Origin: Candidatus Poribacteria bacterium
GTDB lineage: Bacteria > Poribacteria > WGA-4E > JAJDTR01
NCBI GenBank assembly: GCA_028820655.1
Contig: JAPPIK010000021.1
Coordinates: forward strand, 30,113 to 94,112
Length of the DNA: 64,000 bases
Reading direction: 5' to 3'
Part shown: in pieces, positions 20,254 to 31,800 of the stretch
How the letters are laid out: the number at the start of each line of letters is the position of its first letter
How positions within the stretch are numbered: the stretch's first letter is position 1
Made by a program: the position numbers and the translations under genes
Notes under the pieces: model-generated
Database searches by the model: none
Told to the model about the DNA's origin: nothing
Seen by the model: the letters and a program-made list of their open reading frames with translations, nothing else

Positions 20254-22071
20254 ATGATGCGGTGGGACTTGGTTGTGGGGATGCTCGGACTGATTGCCGT
20301 TCCGTTACAAGTATATGCGCAGTCCGCGCTAAGCCACACATCGGGAAATGTGGCGGTTGCGGTCACGGATTTCGGATCGCTGGCAGCCGTTAGAGAAAGC
20401 ACCATCGCGCCCAACTTCAGATTCCCCAAATCTAAGGGCAGGTATTACTTGTACGAACGATCAGAGATTTGGGTTGGCGATCAAAAAGGAAATGTTGCAA
20501 ACACATGGACATGGGACTCTGTGGAGGAACAATGGTTATTGGACGAGTGGAGACCTACTACCGAAGGAAGGGTTGACGGACGGACAGACCGCGGCGGACG
20601 CCAGACTATCACCGCACAATATGCTCCTTCAGGAGTTGCGGATTTTCCATTGAATCTCTCGATCAATCAAACCAGTTTCTCGTGGCGAGGAAGCGATGCG
20701 CCGGGAACGGAAGAGTTCGTCATCATTAAGCTTACAGTAGTGAACGGGGGAAACACCAGTCACAACGGAATCTATATCGCCCTCATGGCAGATTGGGATG
20801 TCGATTCGCCAGCGGTTGAACAAGACGAACCAAGTCTTGATCGTGTCGAATGGGACGAAGAGCACAGAACGCTATTCGCTTACGATGCTGATGCGTCGGA
20901 TAGCATAAATCCGGTGCATGTTGGACTCGCGTTGCTTGACGGACAATTGAGCGCCCATCGAATAGTGCCATTCGATGTCGGCAATTTTACCGATTCCTTA
21001 AGATCCCGGTATATGAGCGACAAGTCTTTCCGCCAAGAAACCGGTGAAGCAATGCAGCCTCAAGACTATGTGTCTATTCTCGCCGCAGGTCCCTACAATC
21101 TGGAAGCCCAAGGTTCGTTTTCCGTGACTTTCGCGCTACTTGTTGGAGAGGAATTATCCGTTCTCCGGGAGAATATCGGGGTGGCGAAAAGAATGAGCTT
21201 TGCTCCCCGAAGGCTTGATGCAGATTCACAGGGCGCGTCGATTGAATTGATGTGGGAGCGTTCGATAAACTCAAGTGTTGCGGGCTACGTCGTGTTCAGG
21301 AGTCGTACGAATACAAACCAATTCGATCGCTTAAACGAGGCCCCTTTGAATGTTCCCAATTTTACCGACTCGCAAGTTGCGTTCGGATCGGAGTATACTT
21401 ACTTTGTCCGGCCGGTTGACGCAGAAGGACAGCCACTTCCGTTTGATTCAAGAGAGGTGACAATTACTCCGAGTCTGGCTCCGGCTCCTCCAGACGAAGT
21501 AACGGCGGTATTTGCGGAGAATAATGTGGTAGTCAGTTGGAAGAAATCCGCGGAACCAGGCGTTAGATACGCCATTCATCGTAACCATACGGGGCGGGAG
21601 CCGTGGACACGAATAAAGATTTTGCCTGCAGACAGCACCAGCTATGTCGACGCAGACGTGTATTCGGGGCTTCCCTATTTCTATTCTGTCACGGCGATAA
21701 ATTCGTCCGGAATACAAAGCAAGTTTTCGATGTCGGCAGGGGTAGAGGTGCCGGGTGACGAGTCTCAACAGTCTAATTCCGACCTTGCGAACGTCATAGT
21801 TGTTCCCAATCCGTACCGAATGGAGGCAAACGGCGGTCCGATCGAATTTCGAAACTTAACACGATACGCTACAATCCGCATTTTCAGTAGCGCCGGAGAC
21901 CTGATCAAGAAAATTGAACATCATGATAAAGCGTCGACCCAAAAATGGGATGGACGCACGATGGACGGCGAATTGCTCGCAGGGGGTGTATATATCTATC
22001 ACGTTGAATCACCAAGAGAATCTGGTCGGGGAAGCACAACAGTCACCGGCACGTTCGCAGTCATTCGGTAA
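20254..22071 (+). CDS. secreted protein with fibronectin-III-like domains and a T9SS-type C-terminal sorting domain
   Basis: Signal peptide. Fn3-like segments. C-terminal ~90 aa (VVPNPY...IRIFSSAGDLIKKI...WDGR...GGVYIYHV) matches the Por-secretion-tail/FlgD-Ig-like CTD pattern. Confidence 0.75.
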   Translation: MMRWDLVVGMLGLIAVPLQVYAQSALSHTSGNVAVAVTDFGSLAAVRESTIAPNFRFPKSKGRYYLYERSEIWVGDQKGNVANTWTWDSVEEQWLLDEWRPTTEGRVDGRTDRGGRQTITAQYAPSGVADFPLNLSINQTSFSWRGSDAPGTEEFVIIKLTVVNGGNTSHNGIYIALMADWDVDSPAVEQDEPSLDRVEWDEEHRTLFAYDADASDSINPVHVGLALLDGQLSAHRIVPFDVGNFTDSLRSRYMSDKSFRQETGEAMQPQDYVSILAAGPYNLEAQGSFSVTFALLVGEELSVLRENIGVAKRMSFAPRRLDADSQGASIELMWERSINSSVAGYVVFRSRTNTNQFDRLNEAPLNVPNFTDSQVAFGSEYTYFVRPVDAEGQPLPFDSREVTITPSLAPAPPDEVTAVFAENNVVVSWKKSAEPGVRYAIHRNHTGREPWTRIKILPADSTSYVDADVYSGLPYFYSVTAINSSGIQSKFSMSAGVEVPGDESQQSNSDLANVIVVPNPYRMEANGGPIEFRNLTRYATIRIFSSAGDLIKKIEHHDKASTQKWDGRTMDGELLAGGVYIYHVESPRESGRGSTTVTGTFAVIR

Positions 22072-22370
22072 GCCATAAAACACCCCAGAACTGGCAGGTC
22101 GCCTATGAATCTCGACCAATGCGGCAACCGGTGAGTTGCACGTAGCCAAGAATTGAACGCACGTCGGAGATTTTTCGTTATTATTTTCTTGACAGAGGTC
22201 CGATAATTTTGTAAACTGTTATTCCGGTCAAAAAACATCGTCCTACCCTGCTTACGAATGTCGGGAATTATATTTATGAAAGTCCCGCTGTAATCAAATC
22301 TATAGGTGGCCCAGGACCGGAAAAAATCACAGATCTTTACCAAGTCTTCGAAGAGGAGAACAGAAAGAGC

Positions 22371-23576
22371 ATGAAGAAGTTGTTGATGATACCGCTGCTT
22401 TTGATAATCACTGCAGGTTCCGGATGCGAACAGAAGCAGATAATCACCCAATTGGAGGTCGGCGAAAAGAAGCTCTTGGGTGCGGGTTTGGTCATAGAAG
22501 CCGTCGAAAACCTAAAACGAGCCGAGATTGAAGAGGGAAATAAGACTAAACCACGTGCTTTGTTGGCGATTGCTTACGCGCATGGGATTTCAACCGGGAT
22601 GGCGCGGGTCCAGTCACCGAAATTGGAGGAGGAGTATAAGAGGGAAAGAGATCGTAGGGTCCCGGCATTGAATGTAGCGGAAATGAAGGTCATCTTTCAA
22701 GTTTTGGATGAGCGACATCGAGTCCAGATGGATGCGCGGCAGATATTGATTGACAGAGGAGTTGACGTTGTCCCGCTTATTCTGGATAGTCTGAAAAAGG
22801 GGCGCTATTCAAATCTTCAGGCTGATTTCGCCGAGATGTTAAAGGAGATTGGCGTACAAGCGATGCCCCAAATCCTTTTAGCGATTGGAGACGCTGGTAC
22901 ACCGATAGATGTGAAAACCAAGCTTGTCAGGCTTGTCGGGGATATCGGTGACCCGAGTGCGAGCGGCGAGTTAGAAGCCATCGGGAACAGTAGTTCAAGT
23001 TCGGGGCTTAAAATGGAGATTGTCACTACTCTCTATAGACTTGGTAAGAAGGAGTACAGAGAAAAGATTATCGCAGGATTGCGCGCAAGCGATGTTCGGG
23101 AGTGCCGTGCCGCAGCATGGGCTATGAGGCATCTCAACGACTCGCCATCTGCCGAAATTGTGGACGCGCTCAAGGATGCTGACAATAGGGTGTGCCAACA
23201 TCTTGTCAAGGCACTTGAAATACATCCTTCAGAGGTTGCGGTTCGCTCCCTAGTCAATTTATTAAAGAGCGATTCCGATAATAAAGTCAAAAACGCTGCC
23301 GTCGTTGCTCTTACGGTTCATGCCGAAAACGATTTGGGTAGGGGCTTGGCGGTGTTACTGATCGACGCACTGACATCGGAAGAGGTTTCGGATCCGGAGG
23401 ATCGCCTGCGGCTTGTACAGTTGCTTAAGAAGAAGGCCGTGCAGAAGCAAATCAAGATGTCCCCGGAGGATATGAATCTCGAATGGAAGATTTGGGAGTA
23501 TCGTAGATCGGTTGAACAGAGCGATATGGTGAAGGATGAGCTTGATTACCTGCTGCAAGAGCTAGAATCCGACTAG
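22371..23576 (+). CDS. HEAT/PBS-lyase-repeat lipoprotein
   Basis: Lipoprotein-type signal (LLLIITAGSGC). Repeated HEAT-like helical pairs (e.g. DVRECRAAAWAMRHL, NRVCQHLVKALE). Confidence 0.6.
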   Translation: MKKLLMIPLLLIITAGSGCEQKQIITQLEVGEKKLLGAGLVIEAVENLKRAEIEEGNKTKPRALLAIAYAHGISTGMARVQSPKLEEEYKRERDRRVPALNVAEMKVIFQVLDERHRVQMDARQILIDRGVDVVPLILDSLKKGRYSNLQADFAEMLKEIGVQAMPQILLAIGDAGTPIDVKTKLVRLVGDIGDPSASGELEAIGNSSSSSGLKMEIVTTLYRLGKKEYREKIIAGLRASDVRECRAAAWAMRHLNDSPSAEIVDALKDADNRVCQHLVKALEIHPSEVAVRSLVNLLKSDSDNKVKNAAVVALTVHAENDLGRGLAVLLIDALTSEEVSDPEDRLRLVQLLKKKAVQKQIKMSPEDMNLEWKIWEYRRSVEQSDMVKDELDYLLQELESD

Positions 23577-23692
23577 AATGGAAGGGGAGCAAACTCTGCT
23601 TGTAGCTTGTTGAAGAGAGCCCACCGAGTTTAGTTGTATCGAAGCAAACTCCTTTAGAAATCACCGACGCTCATCTTTTCCTGCCTTGTAGC

Positions 23693-24453
23693 TTACGTAA
23701 CATACCAGTTGTGAATCACATACATCGGGTCGGAGTCCGGTGCCAAACGGACCGCAGCGGAATCTGCGTTTGGCAGAAATTCGTTCCGCAACGCATTCCC
23801 TAATTCAGGATCAACACGTAACCCCGCCAAACTCCAGCGTAAGTTGTCGCTGTCTTTCACACGGACGTTGGCTTGCTCCGCATGAAGCGACACCCGCTGC
23901 AAGCCGTCGTTTCTTCTTGTCAGATTCAATTCAGACACAACAAAATGAATTGTTTGGAACACATCTCGCATTTCGGCTCTCCATGCGTGTGCTTTTTTCT
24001 TGCTGTTTTCGCTGTCGCTCTGTTGCCGGATGCGCCTTCCGAAGCACATCAGCTTTAGATTTCCAAGAAAATGGTCCGTCTCGTACTCGCCGGGGCGAGG
24101 AAGCCCACCGTAGATGATAATGCCGGTGGCACCGCATTCGTTAATCGCATGAGTGACCGCTAACTGGCCATCCGTATAATCCTTGTCTGTCTTGCCCACC
24201 CACTCGCCCACGACTTGCATGGTCGATGCAGATAATCTGTCTGCAAGACTCCCGCAGGAATCAAGGTCGCCAATCAGCAAGTTGGGTGAGTACCGATCGC
24301 CGAGAGATTGATTCAGTTCGTGGAATAATCTAATCCCACCATCCGCACAAATCAAGGGATAGTCATGATCCAACCCCCATTCGATTTCCGTTTTGTAGAA
24401 TTCCGGTTGACGGAGGTCGTAATAACCGTTGAGAAAAATTAGGGCTAACTTCA
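23693..24453 (-). CDS. thiamine pyrophosphokinase
   Basis: TPK catalytic motifs ADGG and GDLDS in the N-terminal domain. Start taken at MKLALIFLNG. Confidence 0.7.
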
Positions 24454-24483
24454 TGGGAGCTGCGCAGCAAACCGAACCGCACC

Positions 24484-25404
24484 TCAAAGCGTTAATTTCG
24501 ATACATCGTCTGTTGGGAAAACCACGTTATAGGACCTAATCTGCTTTGACGGAAGATATGACAACTTGACACGTTTCAAATTGTCCAATCCTGAATCGTC
24601 CATTGCGTTTATGATTGGAAAAATCGCCTTTCTTCGACAGAATTCTCTGAACAGGAATTGCGCAATTCCTTTCAGGCGCGGGTCTGTTATTTCGAAAACA
24701 ATACAATACACCTCGTGATTGAGAGAATAACCGAAGCTGTATGCCCTCAGTTCCCCTTTTGTTCGAACGACAATACCCTCCAGACCGAGTTCCGCGGCAT
24801 TCAGAAGCCCGGCACGGTGGGCATGCTCGGAGTCTTCCAACATGCCTAGATAGAGAGGATCGGACGAAGTCTTCCGCCGCTCCCGACGCCACAGGTTGAA
24901 TAGCTCCATGCAATCAGAATAGTCTTCGGGTTGGTACGGTGCGAGAGTCATTTCCGATTGATTCCGCATGAAAGTGTTATAGGCTCCTCGCTTGCTTTTA
25001 TAACGAGTGCCACTTAGTTGAATCAGAGAATCAGTTGAATAGAGGTATTCAGTCTCCTTTCCGAAAACTTGAAATCCCAAGTCTTGGAAAAAAGCTACCG
25101 ATGTTTCCGGAATGTTCTCGATGCGGGCGATTGGCTTTGCTCGATTGGTCTCCAGCATAAACAGATACGATTTGCGGATTGCCTCCCTGCTCGGGCTCCT
25201 ACCTAACGGCATGATTGGCATGAAATAATCGCCATTCTGACAGGCAAAAACGCACAATTGGTCGTCGATAATAGTCCAGTAGAATTGAAACAACTCTCGC
25301 CAAACATAGATTGGAGCAAAAGCATAGGTCGAAAGTTTCCAAAATGACTTTCGTGCGTATCGATCAAAAAGTTTTTTATCGCGTAGTGTGAGTGGTTCCA
25401 GCAT
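24484..25404 (-). CDS. DUF2156-like protein (phosphatidylglycerol-lysyltransferase C-terminal-like fold)
   Basis: Weak resemblance to the aminoacyl-tRNA-dependent transferase C-terminal domain. Start taken at the internal Met (MLEPLTLR) to avoid overlap with the upstream gene. Confidence 0.3.
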   Translation of the reverse strand: MLEPLTLRDKKLFDRYARKSFWKLSTYAFAPIYVWRELFQFYWTIIDDQLCVFACQNGDYFMPIMPLGRSPSREAIRKSYLFMLETNRAKPIARIENIPETSVAFFQDLGFQVFGKETEYLYSTDSLIQLSGTRYKSKRGAYNTFMRNQSEMTLAPYQPEDYSDCMELFNLWRRERRKTSSDPLYLGMLEDSEHAHRAGLLNAAELGLEGIVVRTKGELRAYSFGYSLNHEVYCIVFEITDPRLKGIAQFLFREFCRRKAIFPIINAMDDSGLDNLKRVKLSYLPSKQIRSYNVVFPTDDVSKLTL

Positions 25405-25438
25405 TCTTTGCCAGTTCGGGAAGTAATCAGATCTTGCC

Positions 25439-25993
25439 CTATTGCCTTCTCTGTTCCAAAGCCCGGCCGAGTTTCCGAAGAACTGCCACGATTGTAACGG
25501 TTTCTTGAAAGGGCCCAACCAGCGCCCAGTTGTCAGCAAGTATGTTTGTGGTCAGTTCCGTCTCAATATAGGCGCGGAGGTAATCGACATATTGTTGAAA
25601 GGACTGTGTTTCAAATTCGGCCTCTGCGAAGGGACAGATTGTATCCACACCCAAGACAATTTCTGTTCCGTCCTCATTGTACATCAGCGCAAACGGATAA
25701 ATTCGGCAATCCAATGGTCGCTTCATATAGATTCGGCACTCGCTTGATTTTGGCTCAAAAAAGGGGCAGATGTAGATGTCCTCGTACGGTTGTAGTATTG
25801 CCCGCGCGCTGCGCCCGTCTGCAGTTGTTTGAAACAGACTTCCGTCCGCTTGATTGTCCATCGCACGTTGAACCTCCGAATCGGTGAAGATTGGTGCCAG
25901 GAAACTCTCGCGAGTAGGAAAACGACAGCAAACATCGCAAGAGAGACAGGTTGTGCTCGGTACAATTTGTTGGAGTTCCAATGATTTATGCAT
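25439..25993 (-). CDS. YkgJ-family Fe-S/zinc-chelating domain protein (UPF0153)
   Basis: Family Cys pattern CLSCDVCC ... YICPFF ... CRIYMKRPLDCRIYPF. Confidence 0.75.
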   Translation of the reverse strand: MHKSLELQQIVPSTTCLSCDVCCRFPTRESFLAPIFTDSEVQRAMDNQADGSLFQTTADGRSARAILQPYEDIYICPFFEPKSSECRIYMKRPLDCRIYPFALMYNEDGTEIVLGVDTICPFAEAEFETQSFQQYVDYLRAYIETELTTNILADNWALVGPFQETVTIVAVLRKLGRALEQRRQ

Positions 25994-25999
25994 CGTCTG

Positions 26000-27220
26000 T
26001 TACGGGGTAGAAAAATCCCTTTCTATCCACTCCTCCGGATCGACGGCGATGCCGTTCACGACCATTCCCCAATGCAGGTGCGAGCCCGTGACTTGACCGG
26101 TTGCCCCCATCCATCCTAACAGTTGCCCCTTCTCGACCTGTTCTTCCGCAGCCACGTGAATCTTGCTGAGATGGTTGTAACTTGACGACACTCCTTGACC
26201 GTGATTGATCACCACTGATTTGCCGTAGAGGTGCAGCCTAGCGGCAAGAGCGACGATTCCACTATTGCTCGCATATATTGGCGTACCCACCGTGTTGGCA
26301 ATGTCTATTCCAAGATGATGACGGCGAACGCCGGTATTGTATTTGCGATATTTTCCGAAACTTGATGTGAGCCGCCCATGGGCGGGCTGGATAAATTTTC
26401 CGTTCCACAGTTGGGATTCGAACTTGGTTGATTGTGTGTAAGCCTTGCCGCGTTTGAGATTATCCGCCCGGCTCTTCGCTGTATTCATCATGGTCCTTCG
26501 TTTCGCCGGAGAGAGGGCGACGTAACCGCCGCGCTGAAACTTAGTACGCTTGACTTCAAGCTGAAAAACTTCCTCCGCAGTATTGCCTACAAGGTCGACA
26601 ACCCTCAGGGCGAGGGGATAGGTTTTCGGCGGGTGGCTCACGCTTATACCGATTAAGCCGCGGTAATATGTATTTGAAGGAACTGGATAGCAGGCAAAAT
26701 CCCAACCAAAGAGTTTGCCTTCCACTTGCGCTGCGGGTTCATCTATCAGGATGAAAAGCGGTAGCGTCTTCCCTTGTCCGACGGACAGGGACTCAGGTGG
26801 AACATAAATCTGCGGTGACGTGTTGTCAATTAGAAATTCAAACCGTTGTTGGGCGATATTTCTGAAGATAGATTTGTCTACCGCGTCTATTGAAATGACA
26901 TGGCAGCCATCGGGCAGTGAAGTTGTGTCGAACAACCACGATACGTGTCCCGCTTCGATTTCGTTTTGCGCAAGCGGTTGAGGAACATCATCAAGCGTAA
27001 GGCGGAGCGAAGCCAAACCCGATTCCGAATCCGTTATGAATATATTCAGAGTAACATGCCCGCGGTAGGTTTTTCCCTTTTCAATCCCTTCTAATTCGAG
27101 AATTGGTGGTGTGAGGTCAATCCTTAAGGAAACGGCGTGCAATCCCAATGCGACGATTACCATTAATATGGGCACTATGTACCAACGCCGTTTTCCGGTG
27201 ATTGGCTGCAACATCGTCAT
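26000..27220 (-). CDS. M23-family metalloendopeptidase (LytM-type)
   Basis: N-terminal membrane anchor. C-terminal HLGIDIA...GxTGxxTGxHLHWG M23 zinc motif. Confidence 0.85.
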   Translation of the reverse strand: MTMLQPITGKRRWYIVPILMVIVALGLHAVSLRIDLTPPILELEGIEKGKTYRGHVTLNIFITDSESGLASLRLTLDDVPQPLAQNEIEAGHVSWLFDTTSLPDGCHVISIDAVDKSIFRNIAQQRFEFLIDNTSPQIYVPPESLSVGQGKTLPLFILIDEPAAQVEGKLFGWDFACYPVPSNTYYRGLIGISVSHPPKTYPLALRVVDLVGNTAEEVFQLEVKRTKFQRGGYVALSPAKRRTMMNTAKSRADNLKRGKAYTQSTKFESQLWNGKFIQPAHGRLTSSFGKYRKYNTGVRRHHLGIDIANTVGTPIYASNSGIVALAARLHLYGKSVVINHGQGVSSSYNHLSKIHVAAEEQVEKGQLLGWMGATGQVTGSHLHWGMVVNGIAVDPEEWIERDFSTP

Positions 27221-27590
27221 AAGCCTATTTTCTTGCTGTCTTGATGGTAATTCGCCTTAAATTATACCAGATGCCTGCACCCATTGTCAGGGTACGATCT
27301 TTATTTGCTGGATCTCAGAGTGTTCAACCCCACCTAATCTGCATTCCAGTTCCGATTGCACTTGCCTCCATGAAAAATCGATTGCAGCTATAGGACTATT
27401 CGAGAATGTTGGTTGCTTTGTGCGCAGCGATGCGTAAGACTTGATAGCATTGTTGGCGATTCGCATCGCGGAACAGTCATGAATTCTGCTTGACAGGGAC
27501 ACGACTGCGGATATAATTTCGGCTATGGAAATCATGCAGTGCGATGCATGTCTGTGAGGGGAACTTGCCGCGGCTCCCAAGTTTCTCACC

Positions 27591-28514
27591 TTGCGATTCG
27601 TTGATACAAGAGGCGATTCTGATTCTATGTCTATGGTACGACAGTCAATCAATGTTCTTGAAGGCACCACTGATGGAATCGTTGAGTCGAGGATGCTAAA
27701 TATGAATTCGGAATTAGTAGCATCCAAACTAACTGGCGCGGTCGGTTCAGGCCTTTACAAGATCATTGGAAAGCATTGGCCCGATTGTTACGATCCGAGG
27801 CAGGGCGACGGTACTGTCCTGCTAAATCACATTCTGAAATTTGAAACGTTTGGCGAGATTTGCCCGGAAGGAACTCAACTGCTTAAGGAATATCAGTTTC
27901 GCCTCGTGACTACCCGGCAAGATGACGGACGATTGAAGCGGGGTCATGTGGTCATGAACTGCAAACTATTAAACAAAGAGATTGAATCCCAACCTTTAGT
28001 TGCTCGCATCGAATACTGGATGGCTTTGAGCCGTTTGCTCGCCCCAAGGGGAGAACGAGTGCCGAAGGATGTACCGGCCCAAATCGCGTTCTTGCGCGAA
28101 AGTGCGCCTACCGAAGGTGATCTTGTCTTCCGAGATATCGCATCGTACCGATGCCCTGTGGCTGATGATGACAGAAATTTTCAAGATACTTCACCCCATG
28201 CATTCCACATTGACCGCTCAGATCAATTTCTCCATATTAACACGTTGGTTTATATGGAGCAATCCTTAGACTTCCTCGCTCTGCTTTATCAAAATTCGGG
28301 GGGCAACTCAGCACATCTCCGTTTCCGGGAACTCACTATCTATTTTCGAAAGCCTTTTGTGCCGGGACAGGCGGCAGTAGTTGAAGTAGAACTTGCCGAG
28401 AAAACAGACCGGTTCCAAGGTGCCGTGCGATTCTATCACGCGGATGGGAAGGGAGACCGCAGCGAGCGAATTTCCACTGCAATATTGGTCAGCGGTCCGG
28501 TTATCCGGTTTTGA
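27591..28514 (+). CDS. hypothetical protein, possibly an acyl-ACP thioesterase-like double hotdog
   Basis: 307 aa. The C-terminal segment DRSDQFLHINTLVYMEQ resembles the D-x-N-x-H-V-N-N-x-x-Y hotdog motif of acyl-ACP thioesterases. Weak. Confidence 0.3.
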   Translation: MRFVDTRGDSDSMSMVRQSINVLEGTTDGIVESRMLNMNSELVASKLTGAVGSGLYKIIGKHWPDCYDPRQGDGTVLLNHILKFETFGEICPEGTQLLKEYQFRLVTTRQDDGRLKRGHVVMNCKLLNKEIESQPLVARIEYWMALSRLLAPRGERVPKDVPAQIAFLRESAPTEGDLVFRDIASYRCPVADDDRNFQDTSPHAFHIDRSDQFLHINTLVYMEQSLDFLALLYQNSGGNSAHLRFRELTIYFRKPFVPGQAAVVEVELAEKTDRFQGAVRFYHADGKGDRSERISTAILVSGPVIRF

Positions 28515-28801
28515 AATCAGTAATTACCTGCAGGGGTTGAAAATAGGTCTACACAAAGCCGTTCGTGCGTGACACGCCCCAAAATGCTACCTGTTCCAGC
28601 AGGCCGCGATTTGGTGGCAGAATTCAGAGTAATGTAACGACCCGTCCCACTTATCAAGCAGCCCCACAAATTGGAACAAAGTAAGTCTCCCGGCGCCATT
28701 TACCGATTGATACGTCCTGCCATATCCGCTGAATTGTGCCAATGATTGCCTGGATGCGTCTATTCGTTCTGATAAGATTCAGCAGAATCGGTCCCTTACG
28801 G

Positions 28802-31800
28802 TTATCTGTCCGCATCATCATCGGAGATTGCACCAATGCGGCAAATCCTTTTGCTCTCGCAATAGCGGCAAACATCCTTCGGATCGTGAGGAGTTAAGGG
28901 AAATTGACCTTCGGAAATGGAAGACACGTATTCTGATACGAACAACACCGACTGATCGATAACTGATTGAAAAGTATCCTCCTCAACATCAAAATCTGTC
29001 GACATCGGGTTGGAATTCGAGCGTGTAGTCCCTGGTAACAGTTGGCGATTACGTGCAGATGCTTTGAAGGCAATTCCATTGTAATCCTTGTCGCCAAGGC
29101 CAAGTTCCGCCCTGCCTTTCTCATGCAAGATATAGTATATTCCGCCGACGGCATGAAAGCGTTCGAGCGTTCGTCTCTTCAGAAGTTGCTCAGCGACAAT
29201 TAAGTAGATCGGAAGTTGTAGGTTGCGGCCCTCAAGAATTGACCGGATTTTCGGCACGTTAACACCCGTTGTGTAGTCGCCTACGGCGAAAACACGGTCG
29301 CCAATTTCAACTCGGTCAATCGTCCCTGCCAAATTAACACCACCAACCTTGACGGGTTTACTCGAACTAAGAGTCGCGTCTCCTGCGGTTGAAGAGTGAC
29401 CGCGCCCAAATCCGACCTCAAAATAGCGAGGTTCGAGCTCTAGATCCCGTTCTCTCTCCTGAATTAGAAAGTGGGGCAAGATGCCGAGTTTACCTTTTCC
29501 GCCGATTATGGTTTCCATCTCGACTTCCCAAAATAGGTTTTCGGGGTCGCACACACTAAAGATATCCTCGGCCACTTGCTTTAGCTCCTTCAAGGCTTCA
29601 TCAAACTCCAGGTCCGTGCAATTGGCAATCGCCGGTTTGTCGCAGCGTTGAATGTAAAACTCAGACAAGATTTCGTGCAACCTCAGCCCTTTGCCAAGAC
29701 TCGTCGGACCGTCCTCATCCTCTACCTCTCCTTGCTCCGGTTCCGATAAGACATGCTCTGTAAAGTATTGAAAAGGACACTGTCCATACGACTCCAATTC
29801 TCTAACTGAATAAATGCGGTCGCGTAGATTTTCCAGCGCGTTCCGACTTGACTCAGTGAGGAGTTCCAGGATCAACCTTCCTTCATACTGAGGTAGGCGG
29901 CGTGTGATGCTCCGACTCTTCTCTACGCGCACGCTGTGCTCCACGACGGGAAGGACAGCGGGGATGGAAGAACTCGGATCAGTGATACGGAACGGTAAGG
30001 GTGTGCGGTGATTGAAACCATCCTCCGACTGTGCCCAAACAAACTTTCCATAGTGCGCAAGAAGACGTTCCGGGCTAAAAATCACGTCAGCATTTGCTCG
30101 ATCAGTTGAAATATCAGCATTGCGTTGTAATTCATTGATAAAGGGCGATTGAATCAGATCTATCCCGTTATCACTCGCCGGTGCCATCAAATAAAGATGG
30201 TCTTGGAACAAATTAAGAACTTGATAGAAAAGAAAGCGTTGCTCGCGAAGGCTGTCCGCTACAGTAAGATTTTGATTGGACGGCGGGACGGTATTTTGCC
30301 GGATGCGCGCCGGAAATTCGCCATCAACCAAGCCACCCAATATGACTGTATCGAAATCCAGCTCCTTCGTATGCACGAGGGGAAGCACGGAAACGCCCGG
30401 ACTATCTTTAGGTGTCAAGGCACCCGTCGTTTCGGATGCCATCATCTTGAGCTTGTCGATATACGAACGGAGTGAATAGGATTGTTCATCTCCGTAACGC
30501 GTGATGAGAAACTCCATCAACTCGGCAATCAGAAATTCGACATTTTGGAACGCGCAAATCGCTTTCTCCATCGTCGAGGAGCAGTCGTTACGGTCAACAG
30601 CACGTACCTGATTTAGTATCTGCTGTCGTACCCTTGTGATCTGTATAAGGCGGGCAACCGATGCACTGAACTCGCTAGGCAACATCACTTCTCCAAAATC
30701 ACAATCGGCAATGAGCGTCGCGAGGTCTTCAATAAAAAAATAGGTATTTAGTAATACAGGCTCCGAAGAAGAACTGACGCTCTCTTCGATTCTTTCGAGC
30801 AGGGCAAAAAAACCTGTGACACAGCGTGAAGTTGATAGGCGAATACCGTCGTCCATGACATAGGGTACGCCGTAATTTGGAAAAATTTCGCTAATGAGAC
30901 GAGCATACCGATCCAGATTGAAATAAGTAAGGCAAATTCGATGCGAATCGGAGAAGAGGCCATTTAGCATCCGTTTCTTAATTAACTCGGCGGCCGCTTC
31001 CACCTCTTTGACGCGGTCGTTTGTTCTTACGAGCGTAATTTTGTCGGTGACATTCAGTTTTTTGACAGATGAGTGAGTTCTTCCTCTACTCCCGAAGAGA
31101 TTTCGAGAAAAATATTGAGACCAGGTCGTAGTCCGTGAAGGGCGATTCCTTGACTCATTCACTTGTTGAAATCCTACCTCCAGGAACCGGTTATAGATCT
31201 GGTCCGTGTGTCCAAATAGGACTTGGTTCCCAGCGTCCCAGTCGAAAGTGACGTACATGACCAACCTCGGGCACCGGGAAATCCCTTCAAGAATTGACAG
31301 GTTTGCCCGAGAAGAGATATCAACACCTTCGGCGACTACGAGACGTACATCGGGAAATCCCGCCCGCATCAATTGATTGCCCCGGTTTTCATCTTCAACC
31401 AGGCGGTTAATAATTGCTCTATGAACATCTGCGCAATCAATCCATTGGTTGCCGAGTTCCGCATTGTAGTGTTCCCATAACGCGACGATGTCTGACAGCG
31501 TCTTCTTATCAGTATGCAGGTTATTGTGTGCCGAGTCGGCAGAATTCACCCGCATCTGAGAGGCATCGACGCCGTCTGTTTTGAGTTGTATTATTCTGTT
31601 CAGGAGTTCTGTTGCGGCACGCTGCGGGAGCGGAATGTTTGCCGCTGATTTCAAAGAAGGATATTGTCCGCCATCTACTATCTCACGCAGCAAAAGCATC
31701 TGAAGCCCGCGTGAAATTGGGCGTTGCGAGCAAGCATGCTCCGATAACCGCTTCGCGAAACTGTCAAATGTGCAGACGTTCAAACCGGCTACAGAACGGC